Source: Chiloscyllium plagiosum (Eukaryota). From it: a stretch of DNA of 64,000 nt. Made by a program: the position numbers and the translations under genes. The DNA lies in the NCBI RefSeq assembly GCF_004010195.1, contig NC_057718.1:105585024-105649023 (forward strand), read 5' to 3'. The notes beneath the pieces were generated by a model. It was not told the origin of the DNA and did not search any database. It saw nothing but the letters and a program-made list of their open reading frames with translations. This document shows positions 63,741 through 64,000 of this stretch, one piece after another (position 1 is the first letter of the stretch; every line of letters begins with the position of its first letter).

Positions 63741-64000
63741 GTCCACAGGCATTGGCTTCAACGTCTGGTGGTTTCCCTCTACACAGTCTACTTAAGAACT
63801 CATGAAGCAGCCTCACTGCCTTCCCAAGGTCCCCATGACTTATTTCGTCTCTTCAAGCTTCTTTTGCTCCACAATATATATAGTCGATGCACCACATAAC
63901 AATACAGTCCAATTCTTGTCATCACTTTAGTGAATACAATTGCATATTGTCTATGGCTTTAATCTCCTATAATTGGATATCCATACAGTCCACAGTATTG

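Overview
Vertebrate genomic DNA, very probably a shark or other elasmobranch (HE1-type V-SINEs, abundant CR1, Rex/Babar and Penelope relics). The window holds three minus-strand coding exons of EHBP1 (62064-62207, 2695-2842 and a 102-nt cassette exon at 247-348) with compatible splice phases. The first two exons flank one ~59 kb intron that is mostly retrotransposon debris. Nearly all ORFs in the supplied track are TE fragments or chance. The most notable signal is a set of minimal type I hammerhead ribozyme motifs (CUGANGA-stem II-GAAA-palindromic loop III) carried by at least three Penelope-like (PLE) families. These include about 8 tiny (100-370 bp) PLE-derived inserts with their own target-site duplications, several as palindromes with a ribozyme motif on each strand. 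A TE-poor block (~38.5-46.3 kb) contains a candidate conserved enhancer (~45.25-45.8 kb) and a possible alternative first exon. There are two assembly gaps (6310-7021, 22271-22384). Family names come from recall and motif reading, not database searches, and TE boundaries are approximate.
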